Shown here piece after piece: positions 27,052-39,439 of a stretch of DNA of 64,000 bases (the first letter of the stretch is position 1; every line of letters begins with the position of its first letter). The DNA comes from Chrysomallon squamiferum. Lineage: Eukaryota; Animalia; Mollusca. A program made the translations under genes and the position numbers. The notes beneath the pieces were generated by a model that was not told the origin of the DNA, made no database searches, and saw nothing but the letters and a program-made list of their open reading frames with translations. Location: NCBI GenBank assembly GCA_012295275.1, contig CM022677.1, forward strand, positions 12,152,001 through 12,216,000. The letters are read 5' to 3'.

Positions 27052-27325
27052 ATGCTGCAGGCAGCATTCACTCAGATTGCTCAGATTCACTCATGTTTTG
27101 CATTTTAGGTGTTGGTAGCTAAATACAGAACATTCACACCCATTTTATTGATTTTATTTCAATTTCTTCATTGCATGAAAATACAGTCAGATTTATTAAT
27201 GTTGTGTTTTCAAATTTACTTTTTTATCACCACCTAAAACTGCATCTCTGTTGCAGATAATCTCTCTGTCAGGCACATCAATTAGTTCACAGTCTGTCAG
27301 ATTACAGAATTGGTTGAAAATGTAA
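27052..27325 (+). CDS. Candidate alternative C-terminal exon pair (27052-27110 + 27257-27325), GPI-signal-like
   Basis: ttgttccag|AT GCT GCA, phase 1; GGT|gttggt; ctgttgcag|ATA ATC. Joined reading: NAAGSIHSDCSDSLMFCILGIISLSGTSISSQSVRLQNWLKM*. The donor choice is ambiguous. Confidence 0.4.
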
Positions 27326-27570
27326 AACCTTGTTCTGTTCTTCTGTACAAACAAAAATGAAACTACACTTTTAATACTGAAGAGCTTTTTTGAAAAATTG
27401 ATAAATAAACTGGTTACCTTTTGTATCTAAAAGAAAATCTGGTCCTTAAAATATCAGTCTAAAACAGATGTGGGTTCGCTTAATTACAGATAAATACGTG
27501 TTTCAGTTGTTTTCAACATTTTAAATCATATTCCTGAGATAAGATTTGGAAGATAAACATTAAAACTACC

Positions 27571-27648
<78 letters not shown>

Positions 27649-28260
27649 CAGTGCCTTTGTTTTTTGGATCATATTTATTTAGATTTTCTAACTATACACA
27701 GTATCTATATGCATGAACCACCTATATATCACTATTAACAAATATAAACAACTACACTTACTAAGACACTCTTTAAGTTAAGAGGTAAGGCAATGTATAT
27801 AGTGTATAATATTCTGAAATATGATATAGAAATATTATAGGATTTGCTTACATAATATTGAATTGTTTCAATTGAAGTGTTCTAAACAACAAGAACATTT
27901 GAAATGTTTATAATATTTTTACATGAGTCCCGTAAATTATAACGGCACAGAAATACATCCAGCATTGGAATCTTTTTTTTTTTTTTTTTGTTTTTAGCAT
28001 TTAATTCTTTAGAGAAATTAGATGTATATCATTTTTAAAAGTTATATCTGATTAGAAATTCACAGGATATACAAATTACTGGTTTGTTTAACAGCATTCT
28101 ACTTGGTATCTTGTCTAAGAAGATGTCTGTTTAAAAAATAAGAGTAATCCATAATATGATCAGCTTTCTCTAATACTAATATAAGTATGATTAACATCTG
28201 GTAACTGCTAATGTATAAAATAAATGTTAAAGATGTAAACTTTTAATGTTTTATTTTCAG

Positions 28261-28362
28261 CTGAAGTCTGTGTTTGTGACTGCACAGTGGTTCTTAGTGT
28301 GGTTCTGGCTGTCTGGATGGTTGTTGTAGTTGTCTACTTATTTCTGTGTCTGACCCTCCTGA
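28261..28362 (+). CDS. Candidate alternative TM exon TM2
   Basis: ttattttcag| ... CTG A|gtaagt, 102 nt, phase 1-1: EVCVCDCTVVLSVVLAVWMVVVVVYLFLCLTLL. Confidence 0.75.
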
Positions 28363-28859
28363 GTAAGTATAATTTTAAAAACATTTCATAAAGCCAAGTA
28401 ACTGGTTACAAACCAGTTTCATTATGGAAGACAGTTTTCTATTTGTTTATTTTAGGTAACATACATAATATAGGTTTGGCTGCCTTTAAGACTACTTGAA
28501 AATACAGTATCAGTTAATCAAATTTAATTTTTATTTATTTATTATTATTATTTTTCAAGTCTTTTGGGGATAAACTATTTAATGTAGAAATGAAATAACT
28601 AAACAATGATATATTAGTGGTGTACACATTTTATATCTGTTTCAGAAGATTTTAAAAAACGATGGATTGTCCTTGTGGTTTTTGGTTTCATACAAATTGT
28701 TCTTGGGCTGATTTCTGTGGGCTGTCTTAATATGGAACATACATGTAAGTAAATGCATATTGACTTACCTATACTGCAGATTAGGTTTGAATTAAATGTT
28801 AGAATGTCTGTCCTTATCAATTCGACAGTAATATTTCACAGTGAATGGTTTCTGGTTTG

Positions 28860-29290
28860 AATATCACTTAAACTTTAACAAATTTGTATTTAAATGTCAC
28901 AGTTCTAGTTAATTTAAACTTTATAAAATTTGCATTTAAATGTCACAGTTCTAGTTAATTTAAACTGTAACAGTTGTATTTCAATATCACAGTTCTAATT
29001 GATTTAAACTGTGTAACACATTTATATTTATATATTACAGTTGTAGTTAATTTAAACAGTGTAAGATATTTGTATTTAAATATTACAGTTCTAGTTATTT
29101 TCAACAGTTGTAACAGTTGCATTTGAATATCAAATTAATTTAAACTGTGTAACACATTTGTATTTAAATATTACAGTTGTAGTTAATTTAAAGTGTAACA
29201 TATTTGTGTTTGAATATCACTTAGTACTAGTTAAGTTAAACAGTGTAACACATTTGTATTATCATAACTGTGCTAGTTAATACAAAAAGT
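28860..29290. repeat. Minisatellite, ~45-50-bp unit, roughly 9 degenerate copies
   Basis: Repeated tgtatttaaatat(c/t)acagttctagttaatttaaactgtgtaacacatt. Confidence 0.85.
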
Positions 29291-29321
29291 GTTACTGATT
29301 TCATAATTGTGTTGATTTCAG

Positions 29322-29423
29322 GCAGTTCGTGTAAAAGCGATGTTTATGTGGCAGGGGCAGTTTTCTGTGCTTTGTCTCTGCTCTGTGGAGCAGTGGTTGT
29401 CATTGTTGTACTGTTACGGAGAG
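29322..29423 (+). CDS. Candidate alternative TM exon TM3
   Basis: gatttcag| ... AGA G|gtaggt, 102 nt, phase 1-1: SSCKSDVYVAGAVFCALSLLCGAVVVIVVLLRR, with a basic stop-transfer motif. Confidence 0.8.
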
Positions 29424-30172
29424 GTAGGTGGTTTACCACTGATCCAAGCTTTAGACGTACACGTTAAATGTTCAACATAACGTTAATTGAAAAGAAACAA
29501 AATCTTATTTAAGAAATTTCTTCAGTTTGACAACAAAATCAAATACATGAATAAAAAGAATGAAATATTATAATAATGATGATGATGAAATATGAAATAT
29601 TAAATGTATTTTTTAAATACAAAATAAAATGAAAGTTAATTCTTTTGGAATATTTTTTTTATCCTGTTCAAGCTATTTTAATCTAAATGTGTGTGTTAAT
29701 CTTGAGACAAAGTTTTGAGAATGGGTGTAGATTTTTGTTTTTATTTTAAATTGAGCATCATTTTTTAATTATTGTTTTGTGACATGCATATGTCAAATAT
29801 TAATTTCATATTTATACATCTGCTTTGATAACTTTGTATTAGTGATTCACATTTCAAAAGTTCTTTTGCTACTTTGACTTAAAAATTCACATATGTATTT
29901 TAATAGTTAAGTTTTTGTTATATTTTTTAATTTTTTTAAATTATAATATATCTAGGTTAGTTGATCTGTTTGTTTTAAAAAATATGTTTACATAAAAACG
30001 AATTTAAAAAGAGGAAACAGCTGCCCTGTAAACCTAGCTTACTTAATTTAGAAATGTTTGTAAGTTAAATCAGTGAAACCTGGAAACATTTTGAAGTTTA
30101 AATTCATTTTAATTATTTTATTTAATTTAATTTATTTTAAAGTACTTTAAATATTCAGTTTACACTTTTCAG

Positions 30173-30206
30173 ATTCCTGGAATCTTACAGGTCAACCATC
30201 AGATGG
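30173..30206 (+). CDS. Candidate short cytoplasmic micro-exon
   Basis: cttttcag|AT TCC TGG ... GAT GG|gtaagt, reading DSWNLTGQPSDG. A possible terminal acceptor ttttcag|T TAG lies at 30591. Confidence 0.5.
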
Positions 30207-30250
30207 GTAAGTGTGTAAGTCTGTGACTAAATGTATAATTCAAACACGCA

Positions 30251-30290
<40 letters not shown>

Positions 30291-32899
30291 GACAGATTAA
30301 ACAGATGCTCACAAATACACATAGATAAACTTTATTTTGTCTTTCTTTTGTTTGTGATGAAAACACCACGTAGGCTGCCACCATTTGAAAAAACTATAAC
30401 AGAAACTGAAAAGCAAAAGAAAAAGAAATCGAAAAAGGAGCAGGGAAAAGAGAAAGGATTCAGAGGAAGGAAATAATGATAACGAGAGAGAAGAAAAATC
30501 TAAAGAATGAACAGAAAATCAGAAACTTTAAAATGTCAGTTACTTATGATCAGAGATTGATGATCATCAATCTTTTAAACTTATTTTCAGTTAGCAAATA
30601 CATTAATATTATAAATTTTAAATGATACTTCTCAGTTAAATCATTTTGTTAAGGCATCCAAGGCTTGTAATTTAGTTTATTGATTGGAAGCTAAATTCCT
30701 GTTAAAATGAAAAGGCAAATGTCAATGCTAAGTGAAAATTAAATTTAAAAAAATGTATTATCATCTGAAACAAAAATATCAATTAAAATGTCTTACATAT
30801 GTCATCATTTTTGTCGGTTAGTTTTGAGTAGTGGAAAACTCAGATCAGATTTGATGATACTGACGATGCAAAACAAAGCTGATTCTTGTCAGTTAACATT
30901 TTTTAGTTGTGTTTTTTCTGCTACCTGAACATTTTTATCTTTTAATGTTTTAATAATTTAACTCAGAAGTTGGTATTAAATTTTTATTTTATTTATTTTT
31001 TCTAATACTATATAAAGTAATCAAGGAAGTAAAATCTAAACTGAAAATAAAACTGACAAATACTGCTTTGTCATTATAACAACCTTAATAATAGTGATAA
31101 TAGAATAACGTTCGTTGTACAAGTCTTTAACAACGGTACTTTCATCATTTCTGATGTAAGTGACAGGTTGACAATTAGAGCGTAATGGTGTAATTGTGTG
31201 GGTGTGTATTTATATATGTAATGTATTTGTTATGTTTGTGTTTGTCATGGTGTTGCTTGTGAGTGTATGCACACGCGTGAACATATATATCTATGCATAC
31301 AAAATGTTAACAAAAGTAATTACTGAAATAAAATTATAACTAGAAATTATGTTAGGAGGTTGGTGGAAATTATATGGAAGATATAGCAACTCCCCCAGCT
31401 ATGTTACCCACCACTATTAAAGTGTGTTCCCATGAGTATAATGTCAAATGAGTATAATTGCAAACTGAAGGTTTTTTAAAGTGTTAGACAGAAAAGCTTC
31501 AAGCACTGACTGCTGCACGTTATATAGTTCAATAGTATAGTTCAAGACACTACGCCCAGCATACAGTGTTACTTACTGCTGTGTTTTGTATAGCAATTAC
31601 TTCAAATAACGCAATTCAGTATGAATAAAGACTTTTGTAGACTACTACGCCAGAAACCTTTTTGGATCCAGCACTGATTTTAAAATGTTATCATTTCGTG
31701 TTGGGTAGATTGTACATAATGTGACTGCGCCCTTTCATATTTTCACATCAAACTTCTGTTTCTCATGAACTAACTGAGAAAATGAAATATTGTATTTGGT
31801 GCTTCGTAAACCAAATATAAAATTTCCCACTGAATTGTTTAATTAATATTATGTCACGACTTTAAAAAGAAAACAACAATAATTAACAACTGAGGTTACA
31901 AGTGTAAATCACAAAATATTGTTGGATCAAAAGAAATTATCTTTACACCAAAACTAGCATGTAAGTAAACTAAGCTGAAATCAATAACATGACACCGAAT
32001 CAATTTGTTTATCAAGTTTAAATGTTCTACAGAATTATCCAAACTGCAGTTAGAATTAAAATCTGTTTTCTTTGAAGATTCAGGTTTGTATTTTTTATAA
32101 AATCAGGAGCGTATTAATGGACTTTTAATGTTTTAACCATTCTGTGGTGTATACAATAAAGATCAGATTGTTTTGATGATTTAGGTTTACTTAAGATATT
32201 TGAAATGTAAAACATACTAGGATGTATTCTAGAAGAAAAGAAATGGTTTAATTTCTTGTGGACAAATCAGCTCCCTTCTGTACCATTAGATATATTTTAC
32301 AGTGATTTAGGGTAAGGCTTTCCTTGTGAAATGCTGTCTGTTACCTGTATTAATAATTTCAGTTTGCCTTCGAATTAAAAAAAAAGTCAGAAATTAGTTG
32401 TCATAGTTCTCCTTTTCATATCCAGTGATATTCCGAAACATAATAAATGATCTCATTAGACATAATTTTACAAGTTATGGATTTTCAAGTTATGTTTGTA
32501 AATTGGTGGTATACTATTCATTCAAATAACTGAGAATATGTAAACTTCTGTATCAGTACTTCAAGTATTAAATCTAACGAAAAGAGAGATTAAGAAATAA
32601 AAAAATAGCAAAATGTGGATGGTTGATTATTAAGGACAATATTAAAAAGCTAGTGTTTTCAAAAATCTGGATATCAAAATAATGCAATATGCTTTCACAT
32701 TATATAATGTTCTTTGAAGTTTGGACATACAGCAATTATATGATATTGCATAAAATGCTAGAAACACAAACATTTTTGGTTTAGAGTAGTTTCATAATGC
32801 GTATGTAGTGTATATGAATTGTCGATGATTATTGCTATTTTATTTTGGAGAAAAAAATTTGAACTTGCAACAAAAAATATGATTGACATATTTACTGAA

Positions 32900-33096
32900 A
32901 TTTCCTTCACCACATATTGTCAGAAGCATATGGTTTAGAAATGGAACAAACATTCAACACACAGGATTTAACTTGTCGTTGACACCTACACATGAAGACA
33001 ATGGAGTCTGGTACAAATGTTCAGCTGGGAATCTCTTCACAGACAGAAGTGGACAACAAAGCCCTGAATCTAATTCTCTTCACATCAATGTATATT
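32900..33096 (+). CDS. Module C: 3' part of an Ig C2-like exon (first Cys not found)
   Basis: FPSPHIVRSIWFRNG..LSLTPTHEDNGVWYKCSAGN..SNSLHINVY, ending T|gtaagt in phase 1. Confidence 0.75.
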
Positions 33097-33495
33097 GTAA
33101 GTTGTTAACTAAATTTTGTTTTAATTCTTTTATATTTACTTATTTATTTATTTATTTATTTATAATGTTATTTGTTTGTTTGATTGTTTGTTCATTATGA
33201 CTTTCACATTAATTAAATAAGTAAGTAAATAATGTTAAAATTATTTATAAAGTTAGTTGAAGTAATATTTGATACTTCCATTGGATATGCTGATCTCATC
33301 CCTACAAATATTAAACAGAAACACGTACATACTAATTCATCTGCCTTTGATAATACTTTCTCATTATGTAATAACTGTTATTCTGGCTTCACGTTTATAG
33401 TTTTCTGTGGAATAATTCAAGTTCTGTACATTGTAAACTATGTTTTCTGTTTCCTCTTAGTTTATATTTTGTTACTTTTATTTCAATGTGTGTAG

Positions 33496-33756
33496 ATGCA
33501 CCCAGAGTGAGAATTTTATCAGAGAGTCACATCAGAGTTGAACTGGGAAAACTTGTGATACTACGCTGTACAGCTGACAGTAATCCAGACAGTGTTGTAT
33601 TTGAATGGCGAACTGGTACAAAACACCTCACTGACGGTTCTCTGTTTCAAATCTCCTCATTTCAACAGTCAGACCAAGGAGAGTACACGTGTTCAGCAAC
33701 TTCAAAAACTTCTTTTAACACTTCAATGTCAGGATCTGCCAGTGTCATTGTTACAG
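33496..33756 (+). CDS. Module C: I-set/C2 Ig exon
   Basis: tgtag| ... ACA G|gtaact, 261 nt, phase 1-1. YAPRV..VILRCTADSNP..FEW..FQISSFQQSDQGEYTCSA. Confidence 0.9.
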
Positions 33757-34035
33757 GTAACTTTATTTACACTTTTTTCATGTCACCTTTGTTAGCAAGT
33801 ACAACTGATTTTGTTATTGTTTCCATACCAGTCAGAACTAGCCAGTGTCAATTTTTATATTAGGACTTTACTAAAATGTGGGTGCAGGTCTGTCTATATA
33901 TAAATATAAACACACAAACACGCACACACACAAACACACTCATATGCATGTTATTCCCAACATAAATTTTATAATATTTAAATGAAATTAAAACAGATGA
34001 AATTAAAACAACATAAATCATTTTCCATGTTTTAG

Positions 34036-34338
34036 TTCTTGAATCAGCTCCTGAATGGTGTTACTGCACAAATGTGTTAGAAACTTCAGTAGATCTCAAG
34101 TGGAAGTACGACACAAACAAGTTCACTAGATTCACTGTTGAACAACGCTTGTCTACTGAAGACCAGTCTATCAGTCTGCAAGTGTCAGACAATAAGACAC
34201 ACGACAAGACTTTTTCTTTACACATTTCTCATCTCAAGTCCAATTCTTCCTACCACTTTCAAATTTACTCTTCTGCAAATAAAAATGACAGCCGTTACTG
34301 TTTGACTCTTTGTACCACTTTAACAACAATAAATTATA
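34036..34338 (+). CDS. Module C: fibronectin type III exon
   Basis: tttag| ... TAT A|gtaagt, 303 nt, phase 1-1. SAPE..NVLETSVDLKW..FTVE..ISHLKSNSSYHFQIYS. Confidence 0.85.
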
Positions 34339-34646
34339 GTAAGTAAAATAGCATATACAGTTTTCGATTCTTCATCTAAACTTTCAGCAAAATATTTACT
34401 TTTATTTTTTTTTATGTGTTTTTTGTTTGTTTGTTTGTTTCTTTCTTTCTTTGGTTTTGTTGGTGGTTTTTTGCAGTACTTATTTACAGGTTCTGGTGAA
34501 TCTAACATTGTCTAACTGTTTACGTTATTTAGTGAAAGATCTTTAGAAGAAAGAATTGTAATAATTATAAAAACAAATAAAGCAAACTTAAACGTTAAAG
34601 CGGATCTTTTATTTATGTGTTGAACTTGTTATTGTAATTACTGTAG

Positions 34647-34753
34647 AAGAATCTTCGTCCATGGCACAATTGGAACTGGAATTGGTCTAGTAGCAGGAAT
34701 ACTTCTGCTCTGCTTTCGTGCAACAATTATTCTACTTATCCTCAGGAGAAGAG
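34647..34753 (+). CDS. Module C: TM exon, out of frame with the FN3 exon by 1 nt
   Basis: Acceptor ctgtag|. TM frame reads GTIGTGIGLVAGILLLCFRATIILLILRRR. Phase-1 entry instead reads KESSSMAQLELELV* (TAG 34688-34690). Donor position uncertain. Confidence 0.7.
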
Positions 34754-35066
34754 GTTGCACCATCCGTAGTCAGTTAAATTTTGAACTCATTCAGTAGTTA
34801 TTATTTTGTTGTTTTGAATATTTCATATTTATTTTATTGTAGTTTTTAATTATTTATTTTAAAATTATCTTCTTTCTTACTTTTTATTTTTAATATTTTT
34901 TCTGTCTCAAACTTTATGTGTGTGTGTGTGATTGTGTTCATTTATTTATTTGTATAATTGTTTCTTTCTTTTATCATTGGCCGTTTTAAAACAAATCAGA
35001 TCCTATTATTTCAATGTAAGAGTACTTATTTAGCTTGTAAAATACAACTATAAATATATCTTACAG

Positions 35067-35096
35067 GTTCAGACAGCAAAAATGAAAATGAAATAA
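35067..35096 (+). CDS. Module C: 30-nt cytoplasmic micro-exon
   Basis: cttacag|GT TCA GAC ... ATA A|gtgagt, phase 1-1: GSDSKNENEI. Confidence 0.7.
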   Translation, partial: VQTAKMKMK

Positions 35097-35603
35097 GTGA
35101 GTACTTTGTTAAAATATCTTTTTTAGCTCCTAGTTTTACTAGAGCACTTTCCTTTGCATAGAAGCTGTCTCTTTAATACATAAAACGATACAAATTGAAG
35201 TAGATCTTGAAACACAAGTCAAGATGATTGCGGAAATTCAAAATGAGATGCCAATTTTTCATACACATCAACGAATCTTATGCTTAAACCCATACACACA
35301 AAGAGGGAGGCAGGTACATACAATCATATATTTTATTCACTTCGTGAAGAGCTTGAACAATTAATAAGTAATTTCAACAAAGACTGAAATAACATTATCA
35401 GGTTTGTTTTATATACAATAGTTTTGTAAATTCAAAGAAACTTTGGTAAATTAAATGAACTAAAAATAAGCGCTTAAGATTTTTTTTCCAAATGCCGGTA
35501 ACAATTGCTGTAATAAATATTTTCTAGAAAATATAACGGAAAAATACTATATCAAAATGTGTACAAAGAAAATGTGTTTATGAAAATATTAATAAATTTA
35601 TAG

Positions 35604-35702
35604 AACATTCTCAAATACCTACAACTCAGTACGAGCGTCTACAATCACGTGATGCACCTGCGTATGAAAAGCTGAAGGTGTCTGATAACAGACCGAGTTC
35701 AG
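35604..35702 (+). CDS. Module C: cytoplasmic exon encoding an ITAM-like motif
   Basis: tttatag|AA CAT ... TCA G|gtaata, 99 nt, phase 1-1: KHSQIPTTQYERLQSRDAPAYEKLKVSDNRPSS. Confidence 0.8.
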
Positions 35703-35856
35703 GTAATAACATTTATTTAGAATTATTCACTTTTATTTATCATATTAAAATTTATCCAACTACGATGACAATTGATAATAACTTATTCCTATGTTGAAAT
35801 AAAATTTGTATTTGTAAAGAAAATCTGAAATGTTTTTATTCCCTATTCGTTATCAG

Positions 35857-35942
35857 GAGTTTTGTATGCCAATAATAATAATAATAATAATAATGATGAT
35901 GATGATGATAATAATCATAAGCATATTTTTGAAACGTGTTAG
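35857..35942 (+). CDS. Module C: candidate terminal exon
   Basis: ttatcag|GA GTT TTG TAT GCC AAT, reading GVLYAN; then read-through of an (AAT)/(GAT) microsatellite to TAG at 35940-35942. Confidence 0.55.
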
Positions 35943-38376
35943 AAATCAGACTTGAAGCTATACATAACAAATGGATTTTCATGTGCTGAGAACGATACAA
36001 AACTAAAACAGCATCTAAATCAGCACTTTGATTTGTTGTAACTTTTGTTTAATTAATCTCTTATCAAGACGATAGACCTAAAGGGATGCAACTCTTGTCT
36101 GATATATTACAACGTTTTCAAGTTAACTGGAGATTACGATTTGCCTGATCTAGAAGCATATTCTATAATTATAACAAAACCCAAAAGTTTTTATTTTGGT
36201 TTTCTCTTTGTACCATTGAATATGTGTGGGCTTTTTTTTTAAGACAAAATTCAAACAAAATATATTGTCCATTATAAAGAAAGTTTCTATGGTATGTATG
36301 TGTTCAGAATGTGTACACGTGCATGTCAATTTAATAATTTTATATTATTATACAAATACAAACACGTCACATGGAACGGTTATCATAAATATGATACGTG
36401 ATGAAAGATGAAAAGAACTCCACTGACAAATAGAAAGAATATAATAAACCAAATTATAATTAGATTATTTATTAATATTCAAAACATTTAAATTTAAATT
36501 TTATTTAATAAATAGAAACGTTGCAGATAAAGTTGTATGACTTTAAGTAAATCAATTAATAACAAATGAAATTTGGCAATTGTGTTCTGTTACTTAAACG
36601 AAAGGATATAATAAAATAAAGTGGCGCTAAATAATAACTAAAGTGAAATGAATAATATATGAAAATTGTATCGCTTTTATACAATGACAGCGTGTACTAA
36701 TGATGTGACACAATAATTTAACATATTTACTTAACATGTTTACTGGGGGGCTTTCCGCAACAGTCATGAAACAATGATACTATAATACGTACTTCCCTTC
36801 ATTCTATAAACATGTGCTTAATTAATTTCCATAGCTAACACTAGACTGACCGAGAATAATTTTATCAAAGTCAGAAAGAAATAGTCTGTCTATAATAGAG
36901 AGAGCGCTGTAGTAATAACGTGACACAATAAAATAACGTACAGAGAGCACAAACTCATTCACCCGTAGAAAAGAGGTTTTGTCACAACATACTAAACATT
37001 ATTGTGAATAAAATTCATGTACACAAAACGCAAAACCTTCATTCAGTTTGTGTCCCGGTTAGAGCTGGTTTTGTGTTCAAACAGCTTAAACTTTTGTCAC
37101 TGTATAATTATGTAAACTGCACGACATATCTGTGACAAGTGAGTGAATCGTGCTGTGAAAACCCAGTTTTAACTAAACTGTTCCGAATGAGGTAAATATT
37201 ACAGTATGCAACGTATTTGAATATTTTAAAAAATGATCTTCATTTCGTAAAATACAATGTTGACTCATTACTATAATTGTCGATCTTTTTAAACAAATGC
37301 CATTTTTAAAATACCTCGATTCTTATAGGGACCGTTCTGAAATGAGATTATCTCTAACAAAACATGCTTCATAATAATTATATCATTCCTTGTATTCCAA
37401 ATACTAAGTCTCAGTTTTCTAAATGATGATATATATTTAGAAGGGATACATTATAAAAATCTGGTCGGTAATTCGTCTTTTTTCTGTTTTTTCTTCTTTT
37501 TTTATCTGAACAGTATAAAATAAACTCCTCAAAATCTTCACAGATTTTTTGCTCAAAGCCTTCAAGACACAGTCTATACTTATGATCATGCCGAGAAGTG
37601 ATATGGCTAAACAACTTTGATTATGATTAACAAAGGTGGAGGTAAAGTGAGACAGTGTAAACTGCTCCCTCAATGCGGATTTAATCACTTAAATATAAAT
37701 ATAAACCAATGAGACAGTAGCAGCTACAATAAATTATACAATGGGCGCACTGGGAAGAATTTGTCTTGTTATCTATGATACCTCGGCTCTGCACTTTCCG
37801 TCAATAGCCCCTTTCTACTTACAACACTTGTAGCATTGCTATATTGTTAGGAATCTCAAAACGCTCTCCTAATTACCTATGAGAGCGGTACGCTTTGCTC
37901 GCTCTATAAGTTATACGCCTCTTTTCGCTCTGCAAATAATCACATGAAAAGATTTCTTCGCGCTGATCTATAGAAATAGCCTGAATAGTGGACACACCGA
38001 AGTTCTTTTGCAAATTATCGTTTAGAAAAAAATGTATGTCGTAAACCTATTTTATTTTATTTTTATTTTACGAAGATCAGTTAACGTATCATTAATTAGT
38101 AATCACATTTGTAATATGACTCATCAATAATTTTATTTTATGACAACGACAACAACAACTGTAATAATAGATTATGCAGTATCATATTCAGATGAAAACA
38201 GGTCAAGATGAGCTTTTATTTTTTATTACGAGCTTGTGAAATTCAGTGTTCTGCAGTGCTAGAGAAATGTACAGTGGCAGTTTGAGATGGTGTAGTGTTA
38301 CAACTCACTGACACTCAGTGCTGAATTTTACAAAGAGCAAAGCAAGGCAGTGAGAAACTAGGTCAGATTCCAGAAA

Positions 38377-38455
38377 ATGTCAGTTTGGATCGTTTCTACA
38401 GTAATGTTATTCCAGATAATGGTGATCTTCTCCCTGACTGTGAAAAGTATTTTAG
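38377..38455 (+). CDS. Gene B leader (signal peptide) exon
   Basis: aaaATG TCA ... TTA G|gtaaag, reading MSVWIVSTVMLFQIMVIFSLTVKSILG. Phase 1, joins 44045 in frame. Confidence 0.75.
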
Positions 38456-38971
38456 GTAAAGTATTTGTTCATTTTGTAGCCTCTTCTTCAGTAATTATTT
38501 TCTCTTTTTTTTTTTTAATTTATTTTCTTCTAGATTTAGTTTAAAAAATTATTGTCAGCTAATGAGGTCGCATAATTAGACTCGATCCAGTTAAAAAAAG
38601 ACGAGTATGCTTTGGTACCGAGACTAGAAAAAATCATTTAATAATGCAACTTTATTGTGTGTTTTTTCATATCAAAATATCAGCAAATTACAAATAATTA
38701 TCACAGACATCCACCGCAAGTCTAACTTCACTTTCGTCTACAAACTAAAATAGATCTACTTGCTATTATTTAAAATTTATCTGAAATTATACAAAATACT
38801 TCTAGCATGTATATGAAAACATGTTCAAACAAGTGTTTATAGTAAACATAGTTTCGCTATGTTTGGATAATTTTCGTGGAAATTCTGATTCGTCAGTTCT
38901 AATCATTTTAAATAAATCTAAAATTAAGATTATTATCATCCTCCTCCTTCCTCTCCAGCTCCTCCTCCTCC

Positions 38972-39048
<77 letters not shown>

Positions 39049-39439
39049 TCTGTCGAAGATAAAAAGTCATTGTTTATCTATAAGACAGTTTCATTAGACA
39101 CATTTCTTTTCCGCAAACTTACTAAAGATTTTTGTTATCATACTGATTCTTACATATATGCAATCCTGAGATTATCTAGTCTCTATATATTAAATACGAA
39201 AAGATAAAATAACGACAAATATTAAATAAATATGTCTTCATAATTATAATCAGTAAATAAACTTAGCTGCCGATATATGCAAATCATTAAAGATTTCTCA
39301 CTGTCCAAAGGAAAATATGCGATGAGGAATTCTAAAGGAAATTTTTAATGTTTTAGTTACGTTAATTAGCGGCCAAGATAAGACACGTTTTGTGTGACAA
39401 ACTAACTCAGCTCTGAAATGTGTCTGCCCGAGTAGCTAC

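Noticed and set aside
28837-29290. CACAGTG/CACAGTT heptamers near Ig-gene exons suggesting V(D)J-type recombination signals
   Set aside because: They are in or next to a minisatellite, do not abut the V exons and have no 12/23-spaced nonamer that I could see. The V exons have ordinary splice sites.
28860-29290. CRISPR-like array
   Set aside because: Contiguous degenerate tandem units without unique spacers, in eukaryotic intronic DNA.
38821-39207. Hydrophobic poly-Ile ORFs (also 39838-40047, 58205-58393 and the 3' part of 3424-3915)
   Set aside because: Translations of (ATT)n microsatellites.
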